Sequence record: DRR378314_334
Reading direction: 5' to 3' (one strand)
DNA length: 36,540 nt
In this document: positions 27,338 through 36,540 of the stretch, in pieces
Numbering within the stretch: the first letter of the stretch is position 1
How the letters are laid out: each line of letters starts with the position of its first letter
Program-made: the position numbers and the translations under genes
Notes under the pieces: generated by a model
Databases searched by the model: none
Seen by the model: the letters and a program-made list of their open reading frames with translations, nothing else
Told to the model about the DNA's origin: nothing

Positions 27338-30013
27338 CTAATCCGTCGCGGGCAAATGAAGTTTTTCTGCGCAAAGCGCATGAACCCTTGATTTCAATGA
27401 AGATATTTCTGCTTCCAGCGCTGCAAAACTGTCGACGCCCACTGAACGACACAGGCGATCCTTGAGGCCTTCCGGCATCACGCCAGCCTGCACATCGCTG
27501 CCCAGTGCAAGGCGATGCACCTGTTGAAGCGATTGCAGGAAAGTCACGCCCTCGATCAGCATGGATCGTTCAGCGTCCGGCAGGGTAGAATGCGCAATCG
27601 CCTCGCGCGTGTTGGCACGGATCGCCTCCGGCTTGCCACTCAACAACATGTCCTGCTGCACGACAAACTCGGCGTCCACCAATCCGCCTTCGGCTGTTTT
27701 CAGATCCCACAATCCCTTGCCGGGTTTTTCGCGGTAGAGCCGCTGGCGCATATCGCTGACGTCTCTTGCGATGGTGCCGTCATCCTTTGCGGCCCGCGAG
27801 ACAATCGCCTCGCATGCAATCGTCATGATCTGATGACTGAGCGCCTCATCCCCCGCAACGGGGCGCAGCCGTGTCAGGGCCATATGCTCCCACGTCCATG
27901 CGTCTTTATTCTGGTACCGCTCAAAGGCAGGCACACTCACCGCCACCGGGCCTGCCCCGCCAGATGGGCGCAGCCGCATGTCCACTTCGTAGAGATCACC
28001 CTCCGCCGTCGGCGCAGTCAGCGCGGTGATCAGGCGCTGGGTAAACCGTGTATACCAGGTCTGGGCCTCCATCGGGTCGGCGTCGTAGATCACGATCAGG
28101 TCGAGGTCCGATCCGGCGGTCAACTCCCGTCCGCCCAGCTTGCCCATTGCGAACACCGCCCAGCTGCCCGGCCTCGGCCCATACCGATTGGCCGTTTCCC
28201 GCTCCGCCGCAGCGGCCATCTCCCGAATGGTGTCATCGGCCAGGTCAGACCAATGCGTTCCGGCGTCCCGTGCCTGAATCAACCCGTGCAGCAGACGGTG
28301 TCCGATCAGGAAATTCTGTTCACGGTGATAGCGCCGCCACGAATCCAGTGCGCCGTCAAAGCTGACATGCTCATCAATCACCGGGCGGGACGGCTCCTGA
28401 TTGCTGACCAGTGCCTCCAGCAGGTCTGGACGCCTCGACAGGATCTGTGCCAGGCGCGGAGCCAGGGCCAGGGTGGAGACAAGATCGTCCAGCAATGTCT
28501 GCTCTGCCAGCAGCATCGACAACGTCTGCACACCCGATGACAAGCCCTCGAAAAATCGGGAGAACCAGCGAAACGCCTCGTCCGCCTCCCCCGTCTTGCC
28601 CATGGCCGCCAGCATGCCCGGCAGCAAGGCCGTCAGCAATTCCCGCCCACGCGCCGTGCGGGTGGCGGGGACGCGGCCCCGGTGCCAACTCCGGATCGTG
28701 TCGATCGCGGCGCTCGGATTGCTGAAGCCAAGTGACGCCAGGGTTTCGATTGTACCCGGATCATCATCCACACCCGTGAAAACGAGATTTCCAAGCGAAT
28801 GATCCTCCAGCGCGCGATCCTCATGCGCGAACAGGCGATCATAATGCGCCTGCACACAGCGGCGCGTGGCTTGAAGATCGCGGTCGAAGGCGGCGAGGTC
28901 GTCGTAGCCGCACATCAACGCCACATCGCGGCGGTCGTCTTCTCCGGCGGGCACAATATGGGTCTGCTCGTCGCGGCGCATCTGGACCCGGTGCTCCAGA
29001 TTGCGCAGGGCCAGATAGGCCGTATTCAGCTCATCCGCCGTGTCCGGCTCGACAACACCCGCCTTCGTCAGGGCTGCCAGCGCGCCGAGCGTGGAATTGT
29101 CCCGCAATTCAGGCTGGCGTCCGCCAAGGATCAGCTGCTGTGTCTGCGCGAAAAATTCGATCTCTCGAATGCCGCCCGGCCCCAGCTTCACATCGGGTGA
29201 CACGGTTTCGAAATCGGCCCGCCCCACCTTGCTGTTGATCATGCGCTTGATGGCCTGAATGTCGCCAATCGCCCAATAGTCCAGATTGCGCCGCCAGACG
29301 AAAGGCGACAGGATCTTCAGGAAGCGCGCTGCGCTCTCCCGATCGCCCGCCGTGGGCCGCCCCTTGATCCAGACCATGCGCTCCCAATTCTGCCCAACAC
29401 TCTCATAGTAGAGGTCCGCCATCCGTGTAGAGACAGCCAATGGTGTGGAGGATGGATCTGGACGCAGGCGCAGATCGGTCCGGAACACATACCCGTCTCC
29501 GGTCAGTTCCTGCATGATGCGGACAATATCGCGCGCGACACGCTGCGCGGTCTCCCCGGCTTCATAGTCCCCGGCCATGAACACGCCGGGTTCGTAGAAG
29601 ACACAGATGTCGATATCGCTGGAATAGTTCAGCTCATACGCGCCCATCTTGCCAAGCGCGACAGCAAAGATGCCCGCCCCGTCCGCACCGCGGCGCGCCA
29701 GTGTCACGCGCAGGGCCGCTTCAAGACAGGCTTCGGCAAACTCGCTCAGCGCCCGCGTCACACTCATCACGGGCAATATGCCGGACAGGTCTTCTGCCGC
29801 CAGCGACAGGTGCAATTGCGCCTTTGCCTTGCGCATCACGGTCATGGCCTCGGCCTCTGGCAAGTCCGCCGGAATATCTCTCACCGCCTGCAGCGCATCG
29901 CGCCAATGGCCGCATGTGCCCGTCTCGTGAAGGCGGCGCAGATAAGGCGCAGATGGCAAGACCCGCTCCAGCGCAGCTTCTGGCGTGTCGGCGATGGGCG
30001 AAATCGTCAGCAT
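27338..30013 (-). CDS. glnE: Bifunctional glutamine synthetase adenylyltransferase/adenylyl-removing enzyme
   Basis: Two nucleotidyltransferase motifs (GKMGAYELNYSSDID and GKLGGRELTAGSDLD); DLRLRPDP, GGIREIEF and DMRLRPSG. Confidence 0.93.
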   Translation of the reverse strand: MLTISPIADTPEAALERVLPSAPYLRRLHETGTCGHWRDALQAVRDIPADLPEAEAMTVMRKAKAQLHLSLAAEDLSGILPVMSVTRALSEFAEACLEAALRVTLARRGADGAGIFAVALGKMGAYELNYSSDIDICVFYEPGVFMAGDYEAGETAQRVARDIVRIMQELTGDGYVFRTDLRLRPDPSSTPLAVSTRMADLYYESVGQNWERMVWIKGRPTAGDRESAARFLKILSPFVWRRNLDYWAIGDIQAIKRMINSKVGRADFETVSPDVKLGPGGIREIEFFAQTQQLILGGRQPELRDNSTLGALAALTKAGVVEPDTADELNTAYLALRNLEHRVQMRRDEQTHIVPAGEDDRRDVALMCGYDDLAAFDRDLQATRRCVQAHYDRLFAHEDRALEDHSLGNLVFTGVDDDPGTIETLASLGFSNPSAAIDTIRSWHRGRVPATRTARGRELLTALLPGMLAAMGKTGEADEAFRWFSRFFEGLSSGVQTLSMLLAEQTLLDDLVSTLALAPRLAQILSRRPDLLEALVSNQEPSRPVIDEHVSFDGALDSWRRYHREQNFLIGHRLLHGLIQARDAGTHWSDLADDTIREMAAAAERETANRYGPRPGSWAVFAMGKLGGRELTAGSDLDLIVIYDADPMEAQTWYTRFTQRLITALTAPTAEGDLYEVDMRLRPSGGAGPVAVSVPAFERYQNKDAWTWEHMALTRLRPVAGDEALSHQIMTIACEAIVSRAAKDDGTIARDVSDMRQRLYREKPGKGLWDLKTAEGGLVDAEFVVQQDMLLSGKPEAIRANTREAIAHSTLPDAERSMLIEGVTFLQSLQQVHRLALGSDVQAGVMPEGLKDRLCRSVGVDSFAALEAEISSLKSRVHALCAEKLHLPATD

Positions 30014-30020
30014 ACAGGTC

Positions 30021-31421
30021 TCACACTCTTGGCAGGCGAAGCGTGGCTTTCAGGCCCGGTGCGTCCGCGGGTCCGTCCGCATCATCCAGGATCAGTGCGC
30101 CGCCATGCATGTCCGCCACCGAATCCACCAGTGCCAGACCAAGGCCCGAGCCCGGCTGGGTCCGCGCGGAATCCATGCGCTGGAACCGTTGCACAACGCG
30201 TTCACGCGCCTCAACCGGCACGCCGGGCCCGGAATCGATCACAATCATGTCCACCGTCCCATTTGGTCCGCGCGTGATGGAAAAGCTGATCTCGCCGCCT
30301 TCGGGCGTATACTTCACGGCATTGTCGAGCAGGTTCGAGAGCGCCTGCCCCACAAGGTCCCGGTCAGCAAGCACGACCAGATTGCGCGAAATCTGGCTCT
30401 TGAAGCCGAGCCCGGCCTCCTCGCACGCCGGATCAAACAGTTCGGCCAGCTCTTCACCCAGTTCGGAAACATCCATCCGCACCCGCTCGCCTTCTGCGCC
30501 CGCCTCAAGCCGGGCAAGGCGCAGGATGGCGTTGAAGGTGCCCAGCACGCGGTCCACCTCCAGCACGGTCTCTTCCAGAGTGGCTTCCGCGCTTTCCCTC
30601 GTCATCGGCTCTGACAGGGCAATCTCCAGCCGGTTGCGCAGACGAGACAGGGGCGAGCGCAGATCATGTGCGATGGCGTTGCCGGTGTGGCGGGTGGAAT
30701 CGACCAGCTTCTCGATCTGGTCCAGCATGGCATTGAGGCGTGAGGCGAGACGGTCAAACTCGTCACCAGACCCCCGCACAGGCGCGCGGCGCCCCAGTTC
30801 TCCGCCCATCACGGCCTCCGCCGTCCGGGCCAGTTCATCCGCTCGTCGCGCAGCCCCGCGGGAGATCAGGATACCGCCCAGCAAGGAGAAGATCAGCCCG
30901 ATCGGCGCGGCGATGAAGATTGCCCGCTGGATCCGTCCGACAATCGCAGTCTGCTGTTCGGTGTCAAACGCGACCAGCAAGGCCCCGCCATTGTCGCGCA
31001 GGCGCACGATGCGGCCCGCCGCTGGCCGGAATATCTCCGTACCGTCCGGTTCATGTTGCAGGAATTCGAAATAGACGGTCTGCACATCCTCTTCCGGCGG
31101 CGTGGTTGGCATTCGTCCGAAATGGCCGGCAATCTTCCGGCCCGAGGAATCTTCGAGATAATAGAAATAGGTGGAGCCCGTCCGCGTCATGCGCTCCAGA
31201 ACTGACTGGCTGAGCCGCTCCATACCGCCGGTGAAGTAGGCATTGCCGAGCTGCTCGAATTCAAGGTCCATCCGCCGCTCGCTCTCCGCGCGGATGTAGT
31301 AGACCGTCGAATAATAGAGATAGACCAGCAACGCAGCCGAGAACGCCGCAAACATGGCGCTGTAGATCAGCGCCAGTTTGAACGTTGTCGTCTTCAGGAA
31401 AGTCGGCAGGGCAAGTTTCAT
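30021..31421 (-). CDS. HAMP-domain sensor histidine kinase
   Basis: Two TM helices, HAMP (GDEFDRLA), H-box AHDLRSPL, N-box NLLDNAVKY, DSGPG and GSGLGL. Confidence 0.93.
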   Translation of the reverse strand: MKLALPTFLKTTTFKLALIYSAMFAAFSAALLVYLYYSTVYYIRAESERRMDLEFEQLGNAYFTGGMERLSQSVLERMTRTGSTYFYYLEDSSGRKIAGHFGRMPTTPPEEDVQTVYFEFLQHEPDGTEIFRPAAGRIVRLRDNGGALLVAFDTEQQTAIVGRIQRAIFIAAPIGLIFSLLGGILISRGAARRADELARTAEAVMGGELGRRAPVRGSGDEFDRLASRLNAMLDQIEKLVDSTRHTGNAIAHDLRSPLSRLRNRLEIALSEPMTRESAEATLEETVLEVDRVLGTFNAILRLARLEAGAEGERVRMDVSELGEELAELFDPACEEAGLGFKSQISRNLVVLADRDLVGQALSNLLDNAVKYTPEGGEISFSITRGPNGTVDMIVIDSGPGVPVEARERVVQRFQRMDSARTQPGSGLGLALVDSVADMHGGALILDDADGPADAPGLKATLRLPRV

Positions 31422-31454
31422 ACAGCGCTTGGTGCCAGCCGCCTGCGCGGGCGT

Positions 31455-32126
31455 CTAGCCCTGCAGGCGATACCCGGCGCCGCGCACCGTATGAAGCAGA
31501 GGCTCATCGAATTCCTTGTCGATCTTCGCGCGCAGGCGAGAAATATGCACGTCGATGACATTGGTCTGGGGGTCGAAATTGTAATCCCACACCTTCTCCA
31601 GCAACATCGTGCGCGTCACGACCTGTCCGGCATGGCGCATCAGATACTCCAGCAGGCGGAATTCGCGCGGCTGCAGGTCAATCTTCTGACCAGCCCGCGT
31701 CACCTTGCGGGTCAGCAGATTCATTTCCAGGTCGCCCGCCTTGAGAACAGTGATTTGCTGCTCCACCGGCAGGCGGCGGCCCAGCGCCTCAACGCGCGCG
31801 GCCAGCTCCGCCGGGGCAAACGGCTTGGCCAGGTAATCATCCGCGCCAACCTTCAGGCCCTGCACCCGGTTCTGGACATCGCCCAGCGCCGACAGGAAGA
31901 GGGTTGGCGTCTTGCCGCCAGCCTCACGGTATTCCTTGACGAGCGTCAGGCCATCCTTCTCCGGCAGCATGCGGTCGACCACAAGCGCATCGAACTCCGA
32001 TGACCTTGCCAGGGCCAGGCCACTGTCGCCATCTGTGGCCATGTCGACGCGGTGGCCCGCCTCAACCAGAACCTTTTCGATAAAGCTGGCCATTTCAATA
32101 TCGTCTTCAATCACGAGTACATGCAT
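31455..32126 (-). CDS. OmpR-family response regulator
   Basis: VIEDD, DRMLP, GADDYLAKPF and winged helix TNVIDVHISRLRAKID...TVRGAGY. Confidence 0.93.
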   Translation of the reverse strand: MHVLVIEDDIEMASFIEKVLVEAGHRVDMATDGDSGLALARSSEFDALVVDRMLPEKDGLTLVKEYREAGGKTPTLFLSALGDVQNRVQGLKVGADDYLAKPFAPAELAARVEALGRRLPVEQQITVLKAGDLEMNLLTRKVTRAGQKIDLQPREFRLLEYLMRHAGQVVTRTMLLEKVWDYNFDPQTNVIDVHISRLRAKIDKEFDEPLLHTVRGAGYRLQG

Positions 32127-32162
32127 GGCGTCTTCCTGAACTGTCTGCAGCATCAGACCCTC

Positions 32163-33695
32163 CTATTCGGCGTCCGACAAATCAATTGTGCGATAATTCG
32201 TGATCTGCCCGATACGGACGGCGACCAGAACTTTCGTGCGATTGGCCCGCTTTGCATCGCTGATGGCCTTGCGCAGGGCATCAACGCTCGTTGCGGGCTT
32301 ATTGTTCACTTCGAGGATCACCATACCGGCCTGGAAGCCAGCTTCCTCAAGCACGCCATCCTTTGAAACCTTGGTGATCACGAGGCCGTTCTCCCCGGCT
32401 TTCAGGCCAAGGCGTTCGCGCAATTCGTCGTCCATCTGCTCGAACGTGCCACCGACTTCGGAAACCACCTGGCCATCCTCGACCGCATCATCCGATGGAG
32501 ACGAACTGGAAGGTGTGATGTTCGCATTCGGATTGCTCGGGCGTTCTCCGACGGTCACGTTGATCGTCTGTTTCTTGCCGCCGCGAATGATTTCAAACCG
32601 GTTGGCGGTGTTCGCAATCAGCTTTCCGACAAGGCGCGTGGTGGAGGTTGCGTCCGTCACCTTGTCGCCATTGACGGACAGGATGATGTCGCCGCGTTCC
32701 AGTCCGCCCTTCTCGGCCGGGCTGCCGCTGGTCACGTCAGCGATAATCGCCCCTTTGGCATCCTTGATGCCCTGGGCTTCCGCCATATCCTCGGTCAGAT
32801 CCTGAATCGCAACGCCCAACCAGCCACGGGACACTTTCCCGTCCTTGATCAGGGCTTTGGTGACTTCATCGGCCAGTTCTGCCGGAATGGCAAAGCCGAT
32901 GCCAACCGAACCACCTGTTGGAGAAAAGATCGCGGTATTCACACCGATCACATTGCCGTTCAGGTCAAAGGTCGGACCGCCGGAATTGCCGCGATTGATC
33001 GAGGCGTCAATCTGAAGGAAGTCTGTGTACGGGCTGTCAGGGCCAATCTCGCGCCCGTCTGCTGACAGGATGCCCGCGGTGGCTGTTCCGCCGAGGCCGA
33101 ACGGGTTGCCCAGCGCCACGACCCAGTCACCTTTGCGCATGGTGTGGGAGTCGCCGAAATTCACGAAGGGGTATTCGCCCTCTTCCGTCACGCGCAGCAC
33201 GGCGAGGTCTGTCTGGGCGTCCTTGCCGACCAGTTCCGCGTCCAGTTCGCGGCCATCCTGCAAGACAACCTGAATTGCGGTCGCGCCATCCACGACGTGA
33301 TTGTTGGTGACGATGTAGCCATTTTTCGAGATGAAGAAGCCCGAGCCGAGCGAACGCCCTTCCTGGGTTTCCGGCTCTTCTTCCTCTTCCTGGCGGCGTT
33401 GTTCCATGAACTCGTCCAGGCCAGGCATGCCGCGGAATTGTTCGAAGAATTGCTGCATGTCTGCCAGGCGGCCAACTTCGCGCTCCGTGGTAACGTTCAC
33501 GCTGACAACCGCAGGCTCGACCTGCTCGATCAGATCCGCAAAGCTGAGCGGTGCACCATGTGGAGCTTCAATCTGAATCGGCTGGGCGCCGGCCTCCGGG
33601 CTGAAGACCTGTGGGGCCAGAGAGAAAGAGCCCACCATCGCGACGCCTACCAGCGCTGCTACCATGGCCTGTCTCGATATGCCGATTGTCTTCAT
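32163..33695 (-). CDS. degP: Do/DegP (HtrA) serine protease with two PDZ domains
   Basis: GSGF, TNNHV, DLAVL, GNPFGL and INRGNSGGP motifs; two PDZ domains; GGAG SD before ATG 33695. Confidence 0.92.
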   Translation of the reverse strand: MKTIGISRQAMVAALVGVAMVGSFSLAPQVFSPEAGAQPIQIEAPHGAPLSFADLIEQVEPAVVSVNVTTEREVGRLADMQQFFEQFRGMPGLDEFMEQRRQEEEEEPETQEGRSLGSGFFISKNGYIVTNNHVVDGATAIQVVLQDGRELDAELVGKDAQTDLAVLRVTEEGEYPFVNFGDSHTMRKGDWVVALGNPFGLGGTATAGILSADGREIGPDSPYTDFLQIDASINRGNSGGPTFDLNGNVIGVNTAIFSPTGGSVGIGFAIPAELADEVTKALIKDGKVSRGWLGVAIQDLTEDMAEAQGIKDAKGAIIADVTSGSPAEKGGLERGDIILSVNGDKVTDATSTTRLVGKLIANTANRFEIIRGGKKQTINVTVGERPSNPNANITPSSSSPSDDAVEDGQVVSEVGGTFEQMDDELRERLGLKAGENGLVITKVSKDGVLEEAGFQAGMVILEVNNKPATSVDALRKAISDAKRANRTKVLVAVRIGQITNYRTIDLSDAE

Positions 33696-33941
33696 TCCTG
33701 TCTCCAAGTCACTGAAAAATTTGCCGGTATTGGGCATGTGGTCCAAACATTAACCTGCCACAAGCATTGTGGTCATTAAAAGACAGCAAGGTTATTTTGC
33801 CTGAATTCCCCATAATTGGCACCGCACCACACGGTGTTCCCTCAACTGCCCGATGACTGCGGCGAAATCAGGGTAAATCTGAGGGTAATCCTCCACCGCG
33901 CTGTTTCCCCAATAAATTTTTCGCATCCCCGGTGAATTCCC

Positions 33942-33970
33942 TTGTAAGACTCGAATTTTCGGCCCATTCT
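33942..33970 (+). promoter_or_regulatory. Candidate sigma70-type promoter
   Basis: TTGTAA-N17-CATTCT in an AT-richer stretch. Confidence 0.35.
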
Positions 33971-34366
33971 GTAATAACAACAGGCTTTGGGGGGTATTTC
34001 CGCAATCACGCCATGTCTCTTTTGCCGCCAGTCGGCACCAGGGACCGGGCGTTTGCATTCGGTCGTGGAGGGCTGCCCCCAAACAAGTTGCCGGCGTCGC
34101 ACAGGCCCTTACGGGAACTGCGGCATATGCCTCCGGAGGCAAAGGTCCCTGCCAGGACTCACCTTCCGGGCCATTGCAATCGTCAAGCGCGTCCCCACCC
34201 AGCTGACGAGTGTTATGGAGCGGCGTCGGCATCCCACGACAGGAAGACTCCCCCACTCACCGCCGCGCGTTTTCTGGCGCGCCTCGTTTGCTGGCCACTC
34301 TTGATTTCCCCAAGCGCGAATGCTCTTGAGCGAGCATTGCCCCGACCGGGGAAAGGACAGACACGC

Positions 34367-34924
34367 ATGTCAAAACCACTTTCTCTCTTGCTGACAGCGC
34401 TGGCCACAGTCGCGCTTGGCATCTCTGCCTGGATGTTCGCGCCGCCGGGAACGCTGCTTCTGACACTCTGCCTCGGCGCGCTCCTTCTGGCGCTCAGCAT
34501 CATCGACATTCGCAGCTTTACATTGCCCGATCCTCTTACAGCCGGAATTGTCCTGCTGGGCATCGCCATGGTCTGGCTGACACGCCCGGAGGAATGGCGA
34601 GCGCATGCCATTGGCGGCCTTGCCGGATATCTCGTGCTGGTCGCCATCGAAGTCGGCTATCGCCGCCTGCGCGGGCGGGACGGCATCGGGCGCGGTGACG
34701 CGAAACTCCTCGGCGGTCTTGGCGTCTGGACGGGGTGGATGGGCCTTGCGCCCATCATGCTTGTAGCGTCTGCTTCCGCCTTGATCGGCGTCATAGCGCT
34801 GGCCGTGACAGGCATTCGCAAGGCAGATGCCGACACAGCCATCCCGTTCGGGCCGTTCATTGCGCTTGGTGGATGGGTGGTCTGGCTTGGGGCGCCATAC
34901 CTTCTGCCGGCTGGCGTCTACTAG
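34367..34924 (+). CDS. Prepilin peptidase, A24 family (no N-terminal Cys-rich domain)
   Basis: IIDIRSFTLPD, GIGRGDAKL and IPFGPFIALG motifs; multiple TM helices; AAGGA SD before ATG 34367. Confidence 0.88.
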   Translation: MSKPLSLLLTALATVALGISAWMFAPPGTLLLTLCLGALLLALSIIDIRSFTLPDPLTAGIVLLGIAMVWLTRPEEWRAHAIGGLAGYLVLVAIEVGYRRLRGRDGIGRGDAKLLGGLGVWTGWMGLAPIMLVASASALIGVIALAVTGIRKADADTAIPFGPFIALGGWVVWLGAPYLLPAGVY

Positions 34925-35340
34925 ACGTCTTCCGGCGCGATCGGTTCAACCGGTGCTGCCTTGCGAGAGCGGGCAATCTGCAGGCCGATCCAGCCGCCGA
35001 TCAGCAATAATGCGAATGGCAGGCTCCACAGCATCCAGCCAGCCACGCCCTCCGCCTTCGGACGGAACAGGACAAACTCGCCATAGCGATCTTCAAACCA
35101 GGTGCGAACCTCTTCGTCGCTTGCGCCTTCCTCCACAAGGGTGCGAACACGCGCGCGCATGTCCTCGGCAATCGGCGCAGAGGATTGCGAGATTGGCTCA
35201 TTCTCGCACGCCACACAGCGCAGCTCCCGCATCAGATCCTGCGCGCGGGCCTCTTGTTGCGGATCGTCCAGCGCCACGTCTTCGGCAAACGCCGCACCCG
35301 CCAACACGACACTGATCAGGATAATGATGATCTGCTTCAT
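34921..35340 (-). CDS. ccmH: Cytochrome c-type biogenesis protein CcmH/CycL
   Basis: LRCVACENE (CxxC), SSAPIAEDMR, RYGEFVLFRP and C-terminal TM; ATGA overlap with the ccmF stop. Confidence 0.9.
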   Translation of the reverse strand: MKQIIIILISVVLAGAAFAEDVALDDPQQEARAQDLMRELRCVACENEPISQSSAPIAEDMRARVRTLVEEGASDEEVRTWFEDRYGEFVLFRPKAEGVAGWMLWSLPFALLLIGGWIGLQIARSRKAAPVEPIAPEDV

Positions 35341-36540
35341 GCTTTCCGCCTCGGCCACAGGCTGAACACACCGCCCAGCGCCATCAGGAGTACGCCGAAG
35401 TATAGCAGATCAATCATCGGGTTGTAGTAGACGCGGAACACCCAGCGCGGTTCGCCCTCCACCATGCGCTGTTCGCCCAGTGCCGCATAGAGATCGCCCG
35501 TGCCGGTCTTGTGGATCGCGGTTTCCGTGGTCGGCATCTGCGCGGCCGGGTAATAGCGCTTCATCGGGGTCATCACCGCGCGGGATCCACTGCGCGCTGC
35601 CGTCAGAACCGCGCGGTCAGCATACCAGTTCGGTCCCTCAATCGCGCGCACTTCGTCCAGTGTCAGCGTCCAGCCGATCACCTCGGCCGAGCCGCCCTCC
35701 GCCAAGGCCACCGTGGTTTCATAGCGTCCGGTCGTCTCCACAACGGCCCCGATCACGAACAGGCCCAGCCCCAGATGCGCCAGCGTCATGCCCCACACAC
35801 GCGGCGGCAGTCGGAAGATGCGGCCCGGCGTGATCCCCCGGCGCTTCAATTCCCAGACAGAGCCGAACACCAGCCACACGCCCAGCGCAAGACCAAGCGC
35901 CGCGCCGATGGAAATGCTCCACAGGCCAACGCCCAGCGCAACGAAGACAAGCGCCAGCGCCGCGCCGCCGACGGCCCATTTGGTCCAGGATTTCAGGTCT
36001 GCCTTGCCCCAGGCCCAGGCCTGCACGACCGGCAGGATGATCAACAACACGCCCAGCATCGGCGTGAAGGTCAGATTGAAGTAAGGCTCCCCGACAGAAA
36101 TCGTGCGCCCTGCGGCCTCCGCCATCAGCGGGAACAGCGTGCCCAGCAGCACGGTCAGTGTCGCCACGATCAACACGATATTGTTCGCCATCAGCGCGCC
36201 TTCACGGCTGAGCAGCGCCCAGGGTTTGCCACCCGCCAGCTTCGGCGCGCGCATCGCGAACAGGACCAGCGCGAAGCCGCCATAGGCCAGCAATCCGCCC
36301 AGCAGCAGCATTCCCCGTTCCGGGTCGACCGCAAAGGCGTGTACAGAGGTCAGGATGCCCGAGCGCACGAGGAATGCGCCCATGATCGAAAACAGGAAGG
36401 CCAGCACCGCCAGCAAGGCAGACCAGGCCGCAAAGCCTTCGCGCTTTTCCGTCACGACCACCGAATGCAGCAATGCCGCCCCGATCAGCCACGGCATCAG
36501 GGACGCATTCTCCACCGGGTCCCAGAACCACCAGCCGCCC
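35337..36540 (-). CDS. ccmF: Heme lyase CcmF/CycK (5' end outside window)
   Basis: GGWWFWDPVENASLMPWL WWD domain, VRSGILTSVHAF, GTLFP and ISVGEPYFN motifs. Confidence 0.95.
   Translation of the reverse strand, partial: GGWWFWDPVENASLMPWLIGAALLHSVVVTEKREGFAAWSALLAVLAFLFSIMGAFLVRSGILTSVHAFAVDPERGMLLLGGLLAYGGFALVLFAMRAPKLAGGKPWALLSREGALMANNIVLIVATLTVLLGTLFPLMAEAAGRTISVGEPYFNLTFTPMLGVLLIILPVVQAWAWGKADLKSWTKWAVGGAALALVFVALGVGLWSISIGAALGLALGVWLVFGSVWELKRRGITPGRIFRLPPRVWGMTLAHLGLGLFVIGAVVETTGRYETTVALAEGGSAEVIGWTLTLDEVRAIEGPNWYADRAVLTAARSGSRAVMTPMKRYYPAAQMPTTETAIHKTGTGDLYAALGEQRMVEGEPRWVFRVYYNPMIDLLYFGVLLMALGGVFSLWPRRKA

Noticed and set aside
34203-34250. CTGACGAG resembling a hammerhead ribozyme core
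   Set aside because: No GAAA element closes stem II and no consistent stems I/III were found.
33932-34366. 145-aa N-terminal extension of the prepilin peptidase ORF and overlapping ORFs 33792-34256 and 33987-34304
   Set aside because: Composition is not protein-like, all three plus frames are open over much of the region, and a good SD precedes ATG 34367. The Cys pairs in the 105-aa ORF are not enough evidence.
1-36540. Prophage, IS element, CRISPR array or defence island
   Set aside because: No integrase, transposase, terminal repeats, phage structural genes, cas genes or regularly spaced repeats were seen by eye.

Overview
GC-rich alphaproteobacterial chromosome segment; gene content and order suggest Hyphomonadaceae/Caulobacterales, which is inference only. 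Most of it is core genome: tRNA-Pro (3' end), an ETC complex I subunit and tRNA-Arg(TCT); murA-DUF2948-hisD-UPF0262; tRNA-Thr(GGT); glpK; a two-subunit methylmalonyl-CoA mutase; an EF-hand/ECF sigma/anti-sigma/periplasmic sensor module; glnE; an OmpR-type two-component system; degP; ccmH and partial ccmF. Catabolic accessory genes are interspersed: acyl-CoA ligase, DUF1593 lipoprotein, carboxylesterase, P450, MDR oxidoreductase, nitronate monooxygenase, GH43 and amidase. No integrase, transposase, CRISPR array or phage structural gene is visible. The most notable element is a stand-alone phage-type lysis pair (M15 peptidase plus holin-like membrane protein, 13894-14768) between housekeeping genes and behind a terminator and a hairpin; it is a candidate orphan gene-transfer-agent lysis module or holin/hydrolase secretion module. 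Also notable are XylR/LacI-like operators shared by the DUF1593 and GH43 genes, a LiuR-like box, a perfect 25-bp AT palindrome before ybjQ, an untracked 46-aa ORF coupled to the P450, and a ~300-nt potentially structured intergenic RNA between degP and a prepilin peptidase. All family calls come from motif recognition by eye; no database search was run.
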